Below, piece after piece: positions 12,707-22,462 of a stretch of 64,000 bases of DNA. The position numbers and the translations under genes are program-made. Numbering within the stretch: position 1 is the stretch's first letter; every line of letters starts with the position of its first letter. Source of the DNA: a virus (Duplodnaviria > Caudoviricetes); IMG/VR virus record IMGVR_UViG_3300044738_000005, positions 1-64,000 of that record, one strand, 5' to 3'. The notes under the pieces are model-generated. The model worked only from the letters and a program-made list of their open reading frames with translations. It did no database searches and was not told the DNA's origin.

Positions 12707-14896
12707 ATGGCGAACCCTCTCACGGCCCTCGTGCGGGCGCAGGACACCAAGGCGGTGCCTTCGCACCCCTTCCTTCTCACGCGCGACCCCGTGATCGTCC
12801 GTGGCGACCAGCGCGGCCCCAAGCGCGTGTCCTTCCAGAAGCCGGAGGCCGGACGCCACCTGCAGGCCTATGGAGGTCAGCGCGATGCCATCGACTGGGT
12901 GATGGCGTGCGTCCGGCTGATCGCCGAGACCACTTCCGACGCCGAGTGGTACTTCGAGCGCGAGGGTGTGAAGCTGATCAACCGCAAGGGACCCCAGGCT
13001 CCCTTCGGAGTCGAGTCCGCGCCCCTGCGCGCGGTCGAACTCTTCGAGAAGCCCAACCCGTACATGGCGTGGGCCGAGCACATCGAACTGACGCTGATCG
13101 ACTACCTCGTCACCGGCGACGCCTACTGGTGGCAGTTCGGGCTCAACGCCTCGATGCAGCCTGCGGCGCTGTACCGGCTCTCGCCGCAGTACATGAAGAT
13201 CGTCCCAGGCACCATGGGTCCCGAGGGCTACGAGTTCCAGATGCCGGGCATGGAGAAGCCGCTGCAGTTGAGCCCCAAGGAGGTCGTGCACTTCCGCCAG
13301 GCCAACCCGCACTCGCTCTACCACGGCATGGGCATCGTCCAGGGCGGGTCGCGGCCGCTCGACCTCGAACTGGCGCTCACCGACACTCAGGCGACCTACT
13401 TCGAGAAGGGCGCGCACCCGTCGATCATCCTGCAGTCGGATCGGCGCGTGCCGGACAACGTGTTCCGCAAGACCAAGCTGCTCTTCAAGAACCTCTACGG
13501 AGGCTCGCGCAACGCGGGCGAGCCGATGCTGCTCGAAGCGGGCATCAAGGCGCTGCCGATCTCGCCGGATGCCAACCAGGCGATGTTCGAGGCGCTGACC
13601 AAGCTCTCCCGCGACCGCATCCTCGCCATGTTCCGCGTGCCGCCGCCGCTGCTCGGCATCACTGAGGGCGCGAGCGACACCAAGACCAACGAGGCCCAGC
13701 GGGTGTTCGACACTAAGACGATGCGCCCGCTGCTCGACAAGCTGCAGTTGGCTATCTCCGACCGCGTGACGCGGCCTGCCTTCGGCCTGGACTTCATCAT
13801 CGACTACAACTACGTGATGCCGGTCGAAGAGCGGATCAAGCTCGTGTCCAACTTCGCCTCCGTGCCTGGCGTCAAGCTGCGCGAGATTCGTGAAATGGCT
13901 GGCCTGCAGCCCCTCGGTGACGAGCGCGACGAGTGGGTGCTCAACCTGCCCGGCGAGGACGGCACCGAAGAGGACCATGACGGCGGCCTGCCCGACCGCA
14001 ACCTGACCGGCGAGCCCGGCCGACCGCCGAACCCCGAGAACACCGAGCGGTTCCCGAACCCCGGCGAGGGCGGGCCGCCGCCGAAGGCCGAGGTCTCCAC
14101 GCGCGGGCGCAAGGCGCTGACGGCTGAAGAGGTCGCCGCGCGCATCGAGGCCAAGGCGATCATCCTGCAGCGCCGCGACGAGCAGCGCCCGCTGCCAGAC
14201 GTGATCCCGCCCGACACCCAGCGCGACGAGCGCGAGTCCGAGATCGACCTGATCGTGGCGGACTTCAAGGCCGAACTCGCCGACGCGGCCTACCCGCTTG
14301 AGCGCGCCCTGCTCGACCACGCAGAGGGCAAGGCTGCGGGCGACACCATCTACCAGCGCATCAAGAACTCGCCCGCGTGGGCGCAGTTCCGTGAGACCGT
14401 CGAGGACTCCATGCGCCGCGCGCTGACGCGCGCCGCTAGCCTCTCCGCGCAGCAGGCCGCACGCCTGGGCTTCGCGCCTGAGGGCGAGATCGACTACGAC
14501 GAGATCGTAGAGGCGATCATCGGCCGCGACGACGGGGGCGACGAGGTAGTGCGGACGCTGCGCGGCGAGATCGCCCAGAAGGTGCTCCGCATCCAGCGCA
14601 AGGGCGGAAGCCGCGATGACGTAGAGCAGGCCGTGCGCGAGTCCGTGGACTTCTGGCGCGCGAGCAAGGCGGAGACCATCGCGCTGACCGAGGCCACGCA
14701 CGCCTACAACGAGACCACGCTGACGGTCGCGGAGGCCGCCGGAGCCACGCACGTCGGCGTCCATGACGGCGACGATCACGACCAGCCCTGCATCGACGCG
14801 AACGGCTCGAAGTGGACGATCCACGAGGCGCGCGAGCGCCGGATCGAGCATCCGCGCTGCCGCCGCTACTTCGTGCCCATCCCTGCGGTAGCCTGA
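12707..14896 (+). CDS. HK97-type portal protein fused to a MuF/SPP1 gp7-like head morphogenesis domain
   Basis: VTGDAYW, EVVHFR..NP, GMG, FEKGAHPS, LAMFRVPP.LLG; C-terminal AETIALTE...HPRCR. Confidence 0.92.
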   Translation: MANPLTALVRAQDTKAVPSHPFLLTRDPVIVRGDQRGPKRVSFQKPEAGRHLQAYGGQRDAIDWVMACVRLIAETTSDAEWYFEREGVKLINRKGPQAPFGVESAPLRAVELFEKPNPYMAWAEHIELTLIDYLVTGDAYWWQFGLNASMQPAALYRLSPQYMKIVPGTMGPEGYEFQMPGMEKPLQLSPKEVVHFRQANPHSLYHGMGIVQGGSRPLDLELALTDTQATYFEKGAHPSIILQSDRRVPDNVFRKTKLLFKNLYGGSRNAGEPMLLEAGIKALPISPDANQAMFEALTKLSRDRILAMFRVPPPLLGITEGASDTKTNEAQRVFDTKTMRPLLDKLQLAISDRVTRPAFGLDFIIDYNYVMPVEERIKLVSNFASVPGVKLREIREMAGLQPLGDERDEWVLNLPGEDGTEEDHDGGLPDRNLTGEPGRPPNPENTERFPNPGEGGPPPKAEVSTRGRKALTAEEVAARIEAKAIILQRRDEQRPLPDVIPPDTQRDERESEIDLIVADFKAELADAAYPLERALLDHAEGKAAGDTIYQRIKNSPAWAQFRETVEDSMRRALTRAASLSAQQAARLGFAPEGEIDYDEIVEAIIGRDDGGDEVVRTLRGEIAQKVLRIQRKGGSRDDVEQAVRESVDFWRASKAETIALTEATHAYNETTLTVAEAAGATHVGVHDGDDHDQPCIDANGSKWTIHEARERRIEHPRCRRYFVPIPAVA

Positions 14897-14900
14897 GCCG

Positions 14901-15068
14901 ATGGCAACCCGTGGACGGAAGAAGCGCAAGCGTCGGCCGGGCTCCGGTACCGGAGTCAAGGTCAAGCCGCACACCCGCGCCCCGCGCGGCCCTGACAAGG
15001 GCAAGGCGCGCGTCGTCGTAGACAGCTACGCGAGGGGCAGGCCGAAGCGCAAGAGGCGTCGGCGCTGA
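14901..15068 (+). CDS. 55-aa protamine-like basic peptide
   Basis: TAGCCT 6 nt before ATG; MATRGRKKRKRR...VKPHTR...KRKRRRR. Confidence 0.65.
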   Translation: MATRGRKKRKRRPGSGTGVKVKPHTRAPRGPDKGKARVVVDSYARGRPKRKRRRR

Positions 15069-15097
15069 CCGGCGGCCGGTGCTACACTCTGTAGCCC

Positions 15098-15331
15098 ATG
15101 GCCGCGCTTGAGGACCTCCCACCTGACTGTACTGAGATCGGCAGCGTTGCGATCTCCGTGTTCACCGGACCTGAAGGTCTGGGGTTCGCCTACGGCTACG
15201 ACGGCCTGACGCCCGAGGCGGCCATCGGGTACCTCGTCGTGACCACTGACCGCCTGCGCGAAGAGCGCAAGTACGACTGGGAGGGCGAGCCCGAGTACGA
15301 GACCGAAGGCGACGAAGAGGACGGCGACTGA
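15098..15331 (+). CDS. Small acidic protein
   Basis: TGC-TACACT upstream; TGATG coupling. Confidence 0.75.
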   Translation: MAALEDLPPDCTEIGSVAISVFTGPEGLGFAYGYDGLTPEAAIGYLVVTTDRLREERKYDWEGEPEYETEGDEEDGD

Positions 15332-15642
15332 TGCTGTCCAAGAACTTGATCCATGCCGCTACCCGCGCCGCCGAGAGTCTCGGCGGCGCGCGGCTGACGG
15401 AGCCCTGCGTCGGCCGCGTCGTCACGTACCCGAAGCCCAAGCGTGTGCAGGTCGGTACGTGCGCGTGCGGGAACGACGGCAAGATCGCGCTCCCCTACGA
15501 GGTCCTGCCCATCGCGGCCGAGAAGGGCGCACGCGAGCGCGGCGGAGGCATTGCCATCTTCTGTCTATTCTGCGATCTCGGGTTCGCCGCGCCGCGCATG
15601 GCGAAGGCGATCAAGGCGCTGCCGCCGGAGGAAGGCTTCTGA
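15331..15642 (+). CDS. Cys-rich (Zn-binding?) hypothetical protein
   Basis: CACG...CLFC. Confidence 0.7.
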   Translation: MLSKNLIHAATRAAESLGGARLTEPCVGRVVTYPKPKRVQVGTCACGNDGKIALPYEVLPIAAEKGARERGGGIAIFCLFCDLGFAAPRMAKAIKALPPEEGF

Positions 15643-15845
15643 TGTTGCCGCTGACGCAGACTCTCTTCGCCGTTGCCTTCCTACTGGTCATCGGATTCCA
15701 GGCGGGCATGAGCACCGCCGAGGGTGTCATCATCGGCATCCTCGCGGGCTTGGGGCTGGGCAATGAGGTCATCCGGCTCTGGGCTGCCGCCACGGCCGAC
15801 TCTGACCCTGTGCTGCCGAGCCCCGAGGATGACTTCATCGCATGA
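15642..15845 (+). CDS. Small two-TM membrane protein
   Basis: Two hydrophobic segments; coupled overlaps. Confidence 0.7.
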   Translation: MLPLTQTLFAVAFLLVIGFQAGMSTAEGVIIGILAGLGLGNEVIRLWAAATADSDPVLPSPEDDFIA

Positions 15846-16099
15846 TCGCCGAGGACGAAGAGGACGACCCGCGCCTCGGTCCAGAGGACCGGACGCTACG
15901 CTGTTCGATCTGCGCGCTCGACTGGCCGTTCCGTGAAGAGTACGCCGAGTGTCCGTCCTGCGGCGAGACCACGACTCCGTTCTCGTACATGAAGCCCATG
16001 GACGATGACGAAGCGCGCAGCCTCAAGCGCCACTACGAGTTCGAGAGGTTCTACGAGAAGTGGGACGCCGAGCAGCCTGCGGAGCGCCTGTGCCCTTGA
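15842..16099 (+). CDS. Zinc-ribbon protein
   Basis: CSIC...CPSC. Confidence 0.75.
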   Translation: MIAEDEEDDPRLGPEDRTLRCSICALDWPFREEYAECPSCGETTTPFSYMKPMDDDEARSLKRHYEFERFYEKWDAEQPAERLCP

Positions 16100-16280
16100 T
16101 TTCTAGCGCATACCGGCTACTTCGGAAGGTGCCGTTTTACGTGCCGGCAGAAGCCTTCCTGCTTGATAGGTTGCTAGGACCCGCCGATGACGACCTTCCG
16201 CTGCACCCTCGCACCGTCGCACCCCCTCCCGCATAGCGGGTAATCCAACAAGCTACGACGTACCTAGGAGGCTCCCGCCT

Positions 16281-17975
16281 ATGACAGCACACGCACCCTT
16301 CGATCAGCCGTTCGCCTATGGCATCTACAAGGCCAAGTACGCCCATCCAGGCGAAGAGTGGTCCGACACCGCCAAGCGCGTCACCTTCCACGTGATGGAG
16401 TCCGTCCTGCCCCTTGCGGCGGACGCAGGCATCGACATCCTGGGCGAGCACGCAGACGCCAAGGTCCGCGTCGAGCATCTGATCCGTGAGCGTCAGTTCC
16501 TTCCCGGCGGCCGCTACCTATACGCCTCCGGGCGCGGCCTGCATCAGGTCCAGAACTGCCTGCTGCTTCGCGCTGAGGACACGCGCGAGGGCTGGTCCGA
16601 CCTCACGCGCAAGGCCACCATGGCCCTGATGACCGGTGCAGGCATCGGCGTGGACTACTCCGACGTGCGCCCTAGCGGCAGCCTGATCTCGCGCACGGGC
16701 GGGGTGGCCTCCGGCCCGATCAGCCTGATGAAGATGATCAACGAGGTCGGCCGCAACGTCATGCAGGGCGGCGCTCGTCGTTCGGCGATCTGGGCGGGCC
16801 TGCGCTGGGACCACCCGGACGTGTTCAGCTTCATCCGGGCCAAGGACTGGCCCGAGTGGGTGCGCCAGGTCAAGGCGGGCGAGGACATCATGCTTGCGGA
16901 CGGCACCGTGATCCCCGGCGACTACACCTTCCCGGCCGACCTCGACATGACGAACATCAGCGTCACGCTCGACCGCGAGTTCTTCGAGAGCTACGACGCG
17001 GGCGACGAGCACGCACGCGAGGTCTACCGGCTCGTTGTGGACAAGATGCTCACGACGGCCGAGCCGGGCTTCTCCGTGGACTACGACGACCACCGCGAGA
17101 GCCTGCGCAACGCTTGCACCGAGATCACCAGCGCGGATGACTCCGACGTGTGCAACCTGGGCTCGCTCAACATGGCGCGCTACGACAACATCGACCAGTT
17201 CGGCGCGGCCGTGCGCGACGCGACCCTGTTCCTGCTCGCCGGAACCGTCTACTCCGACCTGCCCTACGCGGAGGTCTACGACACGCGCGAGAAGAACCGC
17301 CGCCTCGGCCTCGGAGTCATGGGCATCCACGAGTGGTTGCTCAAGCGCGGCCGCCGCTACGGCCCGGACGCCGAGCTTGGCGAATGGCTCGCTGTCTACC
17401 GTGACGAGTCGCGGCGTGCTGCTGATCAGTGGTCCGAGCGCCTGGGCCTGTCGCGGCCGATCAAGGTCCGCGCCATCGCGCCTACTGGGACCATCGGCAT
17501 CATCGCCGAGACCACGACCGGCATCGAGCCGATCCTTGCGGCCGCGTACAAGCGCCGTGTGCGCAACGCACACCACTCCGGCGACACGGTGCAGTACGAG
17601 TACGTCGTGGACCCCACGGCCAAGCGGCTGATCGACCAGGGCGTGGACCCCTCGACCATCGAGGACGCCTACACGCTCGCGCTCGACTATGAGCGGCGGA
17701 TCGAGTTCCAGGCCTGGGTCCAGCAGTACGTGGACCACGGCATCAGCAGCACGATCAACCTTCCCGAGCCCGTGCGCGACCCGACCAAGCAGCGCGAGTT
17801 CGCCGAGGTCCTGTACTCGTACCTCCCCCGCCTGCGTGGCGTGACCGTCTACCCGGACGGCGCGCGCGGCGGCCAGCCGTTGACTCCTGTGGACGTGGAG
17901 TACGCGCTGCAGCACACCGGGGTCCGCTTCGAGGAAGCCGAAGAGCGGTGCGTGGGAGGCGCGTGTGGCGTCTGA
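16281..17975 (+). CDS. nrdJ: Class II (B12-dependent) ribonucleotide reductase
   Basis: PGGR, NCLLL, GAGIG, NACTEI (NxCxE), RRLGLG, IAPTGT, C-terminal CVGGAC. Confidence 0.9.
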   Translation: MTAHAPFDQPFAYGIYKAKYAHPGEEWSDTAKRVTFHVMESVLPLAADAGIDILGEHADAKVRVEHLIRERQFLPGGRYLYASGRGLHQVQNCLLLRAEDTREGWSDLTRKATMALMTGAGIGVDYSDVRPSGSLISRTGGVASGPISLMKMINEVGRNVMQGGARRSAIWAGLRWDHPDVFSFIRAKDWPEWVRQVKAGEDIMLADGTVIPGDYTFPADLDMTNISVTLDREFFESYDAGDEHAREVYRLVVDKMLTTAEPGFSVDYDDHRESLRNACTEITSADDSDVCNLGSLNMARYDNIDQFGAAVRDATLFLLAGTVYSDLPYAEVYDTREKNRRLGLGVMGIHEWLLKRGRRYGPDAELGEWLAVYRDESRRAADQWSERLGLSRPIKVRAIAPTGTIGIIAETTTGIEPILAAAYKRRVRNAHHSGDTVQYEYVVDPTAKRLIDQGVDPSTIEDAYTLALDYERRIEFQAWVQQYVDHGISSTINLPEPVRDPTKQREFAEVLYSYLPRLRGVTVYPDGARGGQPLTPVDVEYALQHTGVRFEEAEERCVGGACGV

Positions 17976-18147
17976 CATCCTGCACGAGCCTCCTGGCCCC
18001 TACGCGGGCATTAGCCTGTCGCTGCTGATCCGCGAACTTGAGAATCGCAAGCCACGTCCGATTCACCCGGAGCAATTGAGCCTCTTCGCCGCGCCTGGTA
18101 GTGTGGCGGAGGCTGGCAGCGGCGGGGCAGCGGTCTCCCCCGCCTGA
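17965..18147 (+). CDS. Possible 60-aa hypothetical protein
   Basis: GTG start overlapping the nrdJ end; precedes a terminator. Confidence 0.4.
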   Translation: MASDILHEPPGPYAGISLSLLIRELENRKPRPIHPEQLSLFAAPGSVAEAGSGGAAVSPA

Positions 18148-18162
18148 ACAACCGGGACCGAA

Positions 18163-18190
18163 GAAGGGCCGCCCATGCTGGCGGCCCTTC
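18163..18190. terminator. Intrinsic terminator hairpin
   Basis: GAAGGGCCGCC-CATGCT-GGCGGCCCTTC. Confidence 0.7.
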
Positions 18191-18329
18191 GCGTACTCTA
18201 GGGGGCCTTGCGGGGACCGCCACATCGCCACCATCCGCGCCACCGGGGCGTCCGCTACCGCTCTAGGCGGCGGACGCTCCGGCCGCGCAAGTCCCGGCGG
18301 GTGTCAGAGCCTCCCGTAGCCTTCAGGCC

Positions 18330-18992
18330 GTGAGCAAGGTCATCACCCAGCCAGACGGCACCCAGATCGCTGAGTTCCGCTACGACTTCTTCCTCGACTC
18401 CAAGGCCCAGACGGTTACGGAGACCGAGGACGGCGACCTGATCATCGAGGGCTACGCCTCCGACTACGGGGTGGACCGCCAGGAAGAGGCCTTCGAGCCG
18501 GGCGCGTTCGAGGAAGGCCTCAAGGCCTTCATGGCGACCAATCCGATCATGCTCTTCCACCACAAGTTCGACCAGGCTCTTGGTCGCTTCGTGGATGCTC
18601 GCATTGACGGCAAGGGCCTCTGGGTCAAGGGCGTCGTGGACAAGCCGGAGCCCGGCACCTGGGCGGCCGACGTGTTCAGCAAGATCAAGAAGGGCACCAT
18701 CAAGGCCTTCTCGGTCGGCGGCATCTTCAAGCGTCGCATGACCCCTCAGGGTCCCCGCATCTTCAAGGCTGACCTCGCCGAGATCAGCGTCACTCCACTC
18801 GCCATCAACCCGCGCACGACCTTCGCGGTCGTGGGAGCCAAGGCGTTCGAGGGCGTGGAGATTCCCGCCCTGCCGAACGTCGATGGTGACGTGCGCGAGG
18901 ACGACGAGTGGATGGTGAAGGAGGCCGTGAGCATGCTTGAGAGCGTGTTCTCGCGGATCGAGAAGCGAACCTCAGCACCCGCTGAGGTCTGA
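18330..18992 (+). CDS. HK97-family prohead protease
   Basis: IEGYAS, DRQEE, MLFHH, KGLWVKG, FSVGG, EISVT...NP; TAGCCT 7 nt before GTG. Confidence 0.92.
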   Translation: MSKVITQPDGTQIAEFRYDFFLDSKAQTVTETEDGDLIIEGYASDYGVDRQEEAFEPGAFEEGLKAFMATNPIMLFHHKFDQALGRFVDARIDGKGLWVKGVVDKPEPGTWAADVFSKIKKGTIKAFSVGGIFKRRMTPQGPRIFKADLAEISVTPLAINPRTTFAVVGAKAFEGVEIPALPNVDGDVREDDEWMVKEAVSMLESVFSRIEKRTSAPAEV

Positions 18993-19035
18993 CCGTCCCA
19001 CTTTTGTCACAACCGTCTGTAGCTTAGGAGACACG

Positions 19036-20352
19036 ATGGACGAACTCAAGCAGATCATCGAGCGCATCACCGCCCTTGAGGGCAAGGCGCAGGAGCTTCT
19101 GACCACGGCCGAGGCTTCCTCGGACACCACCGAGGTCAAGGCGCTGCAGACGACCCTCAACGACGAGATTCTTCCCGAGATCACTCGCCTGCGTGAGCAG
19201 CGCGAAGAGATCGAGCGCAAGGAAGAGCAGAAGGCGATGCGCGCCGAGGTCACGACGCTGCAGGAGGTCATCAACGATCTTCGCAAGCCGCTTCCCGACT
19301 TCTCCATCGGCACCGGCTCCAAGGCCATCGAGTCCGCTGACGACTCGTCGCTGTACGCCGAGGGCAAGCACAGCTTCTTCGCCGACGTGAAGGCCGCCAA
19401 CCGTGGCCGCCAGGACGCTCTTGAGCGTCTGGGCGCGCTGGAAGGCAAGGCCATGAGCGAGGGCGTGGACGCCCAGGGCGGCTACCTCGTCCAGGCGCAG
19501 ATCAGCCGCGAGATCGTGCAGGCGCGCGAACTCGACAACGTGCTGCGCGCTCTGTGCTCCAAGCTCAACGTGACCACCAACGAGGTCCAGTTCGACAGCC
19601 TGTCGCTCGGGACCACGGCTGGCTGGGTCGCGGAACTCGCTGAGAAGCCGGAACTGACCAGCATGCAGCTTGCGTCGGTCTCGGCGAGCGTGTTCACGGC
19701 CGCAGGCCTGGCCACGATCTCGAACCAGCTTCTCGCCGACTCGAACCCGGCGGTTGACGGCCTCGTCACCCGCGACCTCGCCAAGCGCCTCGTGGCGCTC
19801 GAAGAGGCGGCGTTCCTGGCGGGCACCGGCACCAACCAGCCGCTCGGCCTGCTCAACACGCCCGGCGTTCAGACCGTCACCACGACCGAGACCGGCGACG
19901 TGGCCGCTCCCGGCGCGCTGCTCGATGACATCCTCGATGGCATCGGCAAGGTCCAGACGGAGCACGGTCAGCCGACCGCGATCCTGATGCACCCGCGCAC
20001 GTGGACCGCGATCATCAAGGCGCGTGACGCTCAGGGCCTCTACTGGCTCGGCGCTCGCCGCCCCGACCAGGGTCCGAACACCGACCAGACGCTCTTCGGA
20101 GTCCGCGTGGTCCTCTCCAACCGCGTGCCGACCAACCTCGGCACCGGCACGGACGAGTCCCGCGTAGTCATCGGCGACTTCTCCGAGGCGCTGATCCTCG
20201 ACCGCCAGGGCATCACGGTGGACGAGTCGCCTCACGTCCTGTTCACCAGCAACCAGACCATCTTCCGCGCGGAGCAGCGGGTGGGCTTCACGGCTGCCCG
20301 TCAGCCCAAGGCCTTCTGCATCGTCGGCGGCGCTGGCCTGGCCGGGCGCTGA
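19036..20352 (+). CDS. Major capsid protein, HK97 fold with N-terminal delta domain
   Basis: GGYLV, WVAE.AEKP, ISNQLLADS, AFLAGTGTNQPLG, GDFS; AGGAG RBS. Confidence 0.95.
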   Translation: MDELKQIIERITALEGKAQELLTTAEASSDTTEVKALQTTLNDEILPEITRLREQREEIERKEEQKAMRAEVTTLQEVINDLRKPLPDFSIGTGSKAIESADDSSLYAEGKHSFFADVKAANRGRQDALERLGALEGKAMSEGVDAQGGYLVQAQISREIVQARELDNVLRALCSKLNVTTNEVQFDSLSLGTTAGWVAELAEKPELTSMQLASVSASVFTAAGLATISNQLLADSNPAVDGLVTRDLAKRLVALEEAAFLAGTGTNQPLGLLNTPGVQTVTTTETGDVAAPGALLDDILDGIGKVQTEHGQPTAILMHPRTWTAIIKARDAQGLYWLGARRPDQGPNTDQTLFGVRVVLSNRVPTNLGTGTDESRVVIGDFSEALILDRQGITVDESPHVLFTSNQTIFRAEQRVGFTAARQPKAFCIVGGAGLAGR

Positions 20353-20370
20353 TCGAGAGAGGAACCAGAC

Positions 20371-20706
20371 ATGAGCGTACGTGACATCAACGACGTGAAC
20401 TACGACGAGGCGGTCAAGACCGAGCAGGTCTCGGAGACCGTCCAGGGCCAGCCGCAGCCGGAGCCGCGTGAGCGCGACAACGGCGAGGTCACGGTCAACG
20501 AGTCCAAGGTCAAGCTCGACCAGCCCGTCCTCGACCCGAACCACCCGCTGGCGGTTCAGGTCCCCGAGGGCGTCGGCGCTCGCGCTGACGAGGACGAGCT
20601 TCTGTCCGACCGCTACGCGGCGGGCACGGCTGAGGACCAGTTCACGGCCGCTTCCACGCCTCCGTCCAAGCCGAAGGCCAAGGCCTCGGCGGACGACAAG
20701 TCCTGA
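20371..20706 (+). CDS. Acidic low-complexity protein after the capsid gene
   Basis: GAGG RBS; position in the head module. Confidence 0.75.
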   Translation: MSVRDINDVNYDEAVKTEQVSETVQGQPQPEPRERDNGEVTVNESKVKLDQPVLDPNHPLAVQVPEGVGARADEDELLSDRYAAGTAEDQFTAASTPPSKPKAKASADDKS

Positions 20707-20739
20707 CCACCGCTACGCCTAACCGCTAAGAGCTACCCG

Positions 20740-20762
20740 GAGGCCCGCCACGTGCGGGCCTT
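20740..20762 (+). terminator. Intrinsic terminator
   Basis: GAGGCCCGC-CACGT-GCGGGCCTT followed by T-rich sequence. Confidence 0.7.
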
Positions 20763-20790
20763 CGTCGTTCTGTAGCGTAGACTGGATCGC

Positions 20791-21255
20791 ATGGCTGATC
20801 TCGCCTTCAACATCGCCAAGGGCCGCGTCGTGGAGTTCTACAACCGAGTGGACTCCAACGATCCCGCGAACAGCGCGCTGGTGATCGTACCTGTCGATGT
20901 TGGCGGGGTGACGGACGCGGCGCTGCGCGACCTCGACACGCTTGCTGCGGTCCTTGCCGCCGGAGTCACCGAGCGGTCCACGAGCGGCTGGTCGCGCAAG
21001 GTCCTGACCGATGCTGACCTCGGCGCGTGGACCCCGGACGACACCAACGACCGCACCGATCTCGACATCCCCGATCTTGTGTGGACGCCCACGGCTGGCA
21101 CGGTGACCGACCTGATCGTCTGCTATGACGGCGACACCACGGCGGGCACAGACGCGAACATCGTACCGCTGACGCTGCACGACTTCCCGATCACGCCGGA
21201 CGGCTCGACGGTCACGGCCGAGATCAGCGCGACGGGCTTCTTCAGGGCGACCTGA
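20791..21255 (+). CDS. Putative virion structural protein
   Basis: TAGACT 7 nt before ATG; beta-rich acidic sequence. Confidence 0.75.
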   Translation: MADLAFNIAKGRVVEFYNRVDSNDPANSALVIVPVDVGGVTDAALRDLDTLAAVLAAGVTERSTSGWSRKVLTDADLGAWTPDDTNDRTDLDIPDLVWTPTAGTVTDLIVCYDGDTTAGTDANIVPLTLHDFPITPDGSTVTAEISATGFFRAT

Positions 21256-21268
21256 GCTAGGAGGCCGC

Positions 21269-22462
21269 ATGGCGGTTGCCGCCACCAACCTCACTACGTC
21301 GCGCAGCGGAGGCGACGCCACGCTCTACAACACCGCGTCGATCACGCCCGGCGCGAACCGTCTGATCCTTCTCGCCATTGGACAGTTGGCGTCCTCGGCA
21401 GGCGATGCAGTCCAGCCGACTGTCACCGGCTGTGGCCTCACTTGGGAGCTTGTAGCGTCGCGCGGCGTGGTTGGCCAGCGCAAGGTCTACTTGTTCCGTT
21501 CCATGGGCGCAGCCCCGACGACAGGGCAGATCACGATTGACTACGGCGCGGGCAATTCCCAGCTTGGTTGCGACTGGTCCGTGGTCGAGTTCACGGGCAT
21601 GGATACGAGCGGCGTGAACGGGTCTGGTGCCATCGTGCAGGCGGCCTCGGCGGCTGTAAATCCCGGTACCGGAGCCACGGCGACCTTGGCCGCCTTCTCG
21701 TCGGCCGACAACGCGACCTTCAGCATGGCTGCCCATTCCATTCAGGAGGCGACCACTCCGGGCAGCGGGTTCACGCAGATCGCTACCGTCAGCGGCAGCA
21801 GCCCGGCGTCGAGCTTGACGACGGCGTTCCGGCCAGACAACGACACGACGGCCGACTACTCATGGACCACCAGTACGTCGGGCGGCGTGATCGCCGCTGA
21901 GATCAAGGCCGCCGTTGTCGGCGGGGGCGGCCAGACGGTCGTGCTGGGCCAGGTTGTCGGCACCGGCGAGGTCCAGCCGATCATCGCGCGCAAGACGCGC
22001 ACGCTCGGACAGGCTTCGTCCGGCGCGGAGGCGCAGCCGATCACCGCGCGCAAGCGGCGGACGCTCGGTCAGGTTGTCACTGGCTCGGCGGCCCAGGCGG
22101 TCCAAGCAGTCAAGCGTCGCGTGCTCGGGCAGGTCTCGACGCAGGACACCGCACAGCCGATCACGTACACGCCCCCGACGCCTGCGCCGGGGTACGTTCA
22201 CTTGCCTCACCCGCTCGACGGTATTGTCTACGGAGTGTCGGCCGATGGAGTCGTGTTCGAGCCGGTCAGCGATGGCACGCTAGAGCCCTACGTAGGCTCC
22301 ATGCGCGCCGCAGGCGAGGACGGCCTGTCGGTGATCCTGGGCCTCGCAGGCCCAGAGGCATTCAGCGGAGTGACGGAGCCCAACGAGGCGTCCGGCGACG
22401 TTGAGCCTAGCGTGGCAGGCGGAGTGGTAAGCCCGGCCGCTCAGGACGGTACGATTACCTGA
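21269..22462 (+). CDS. Putative minor virion protein (A/T/S/G-rich, with internal TLGQ repeats)
   Basis: GGAGG RBS; repeated (R)TLGQ...AQPI units. Confidence 0.75.
   Translation: MAVAATNLTTSRSGGDATLYNTASITPGANRLILLAIGQLASSAGDAVQPTVTGCGLTWELVASRGVVGQRKVYLFRSMGAAPTTGQITIDYGAGNSQLGCDWSVVEFTGMDTSGVNGSGAIVQAASAAVNPGTGATATLAAFSSADNATFSMAAHSIQEATTPGSGFTQIATVSGSSPASSLTTAFRPDNDTTADYSWTTSTSGGVIAAEIKAAVVGGGGQTVVLGQVVGTGEVQPIIARKTRTLGQASSGAEAQPITARKRRTLGQVVTGSAAQAVQAVKRRVLGQVSTQDTAQPITYTPPTPAPGYVHLPHPLDGIVYGVSADGVVFEPVSDGTLEPYVGSMRAAGEDGLSVILGLAGPEAFSGVTEPNEASGDVEPSVAGGVVSPAAQDGTIT

Noticed and set aside
16142-16149. TGCCGGCA as a genome-wide operator
   Set aside because: It also occurs inside coding regions (e.g. 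near 26910, 40547, 46797, 59007, 63264) at a frequency compatible with high GC; it is only informative within the 121-bp element.
16100-16280. Cobalamin riboswitch or NrdR box before nrdJ
   Set aside because: No B12-box (GCCACTG/GGGAAG) or NrdR-like palindrome is recognisable.
18243-18282. 13-bp hairpin upstream of the protease promoter as an ncRNA
   Set aside because: A single GC-rich stem without other motifs; more simply a terminator or processing hairpin.
20350-20373. Capsid stop read-through into the in-frame next gene
   Set aside because: A 1-in-3 chance alignment; the downstream gene has its own RBS and there is no read-through signal.
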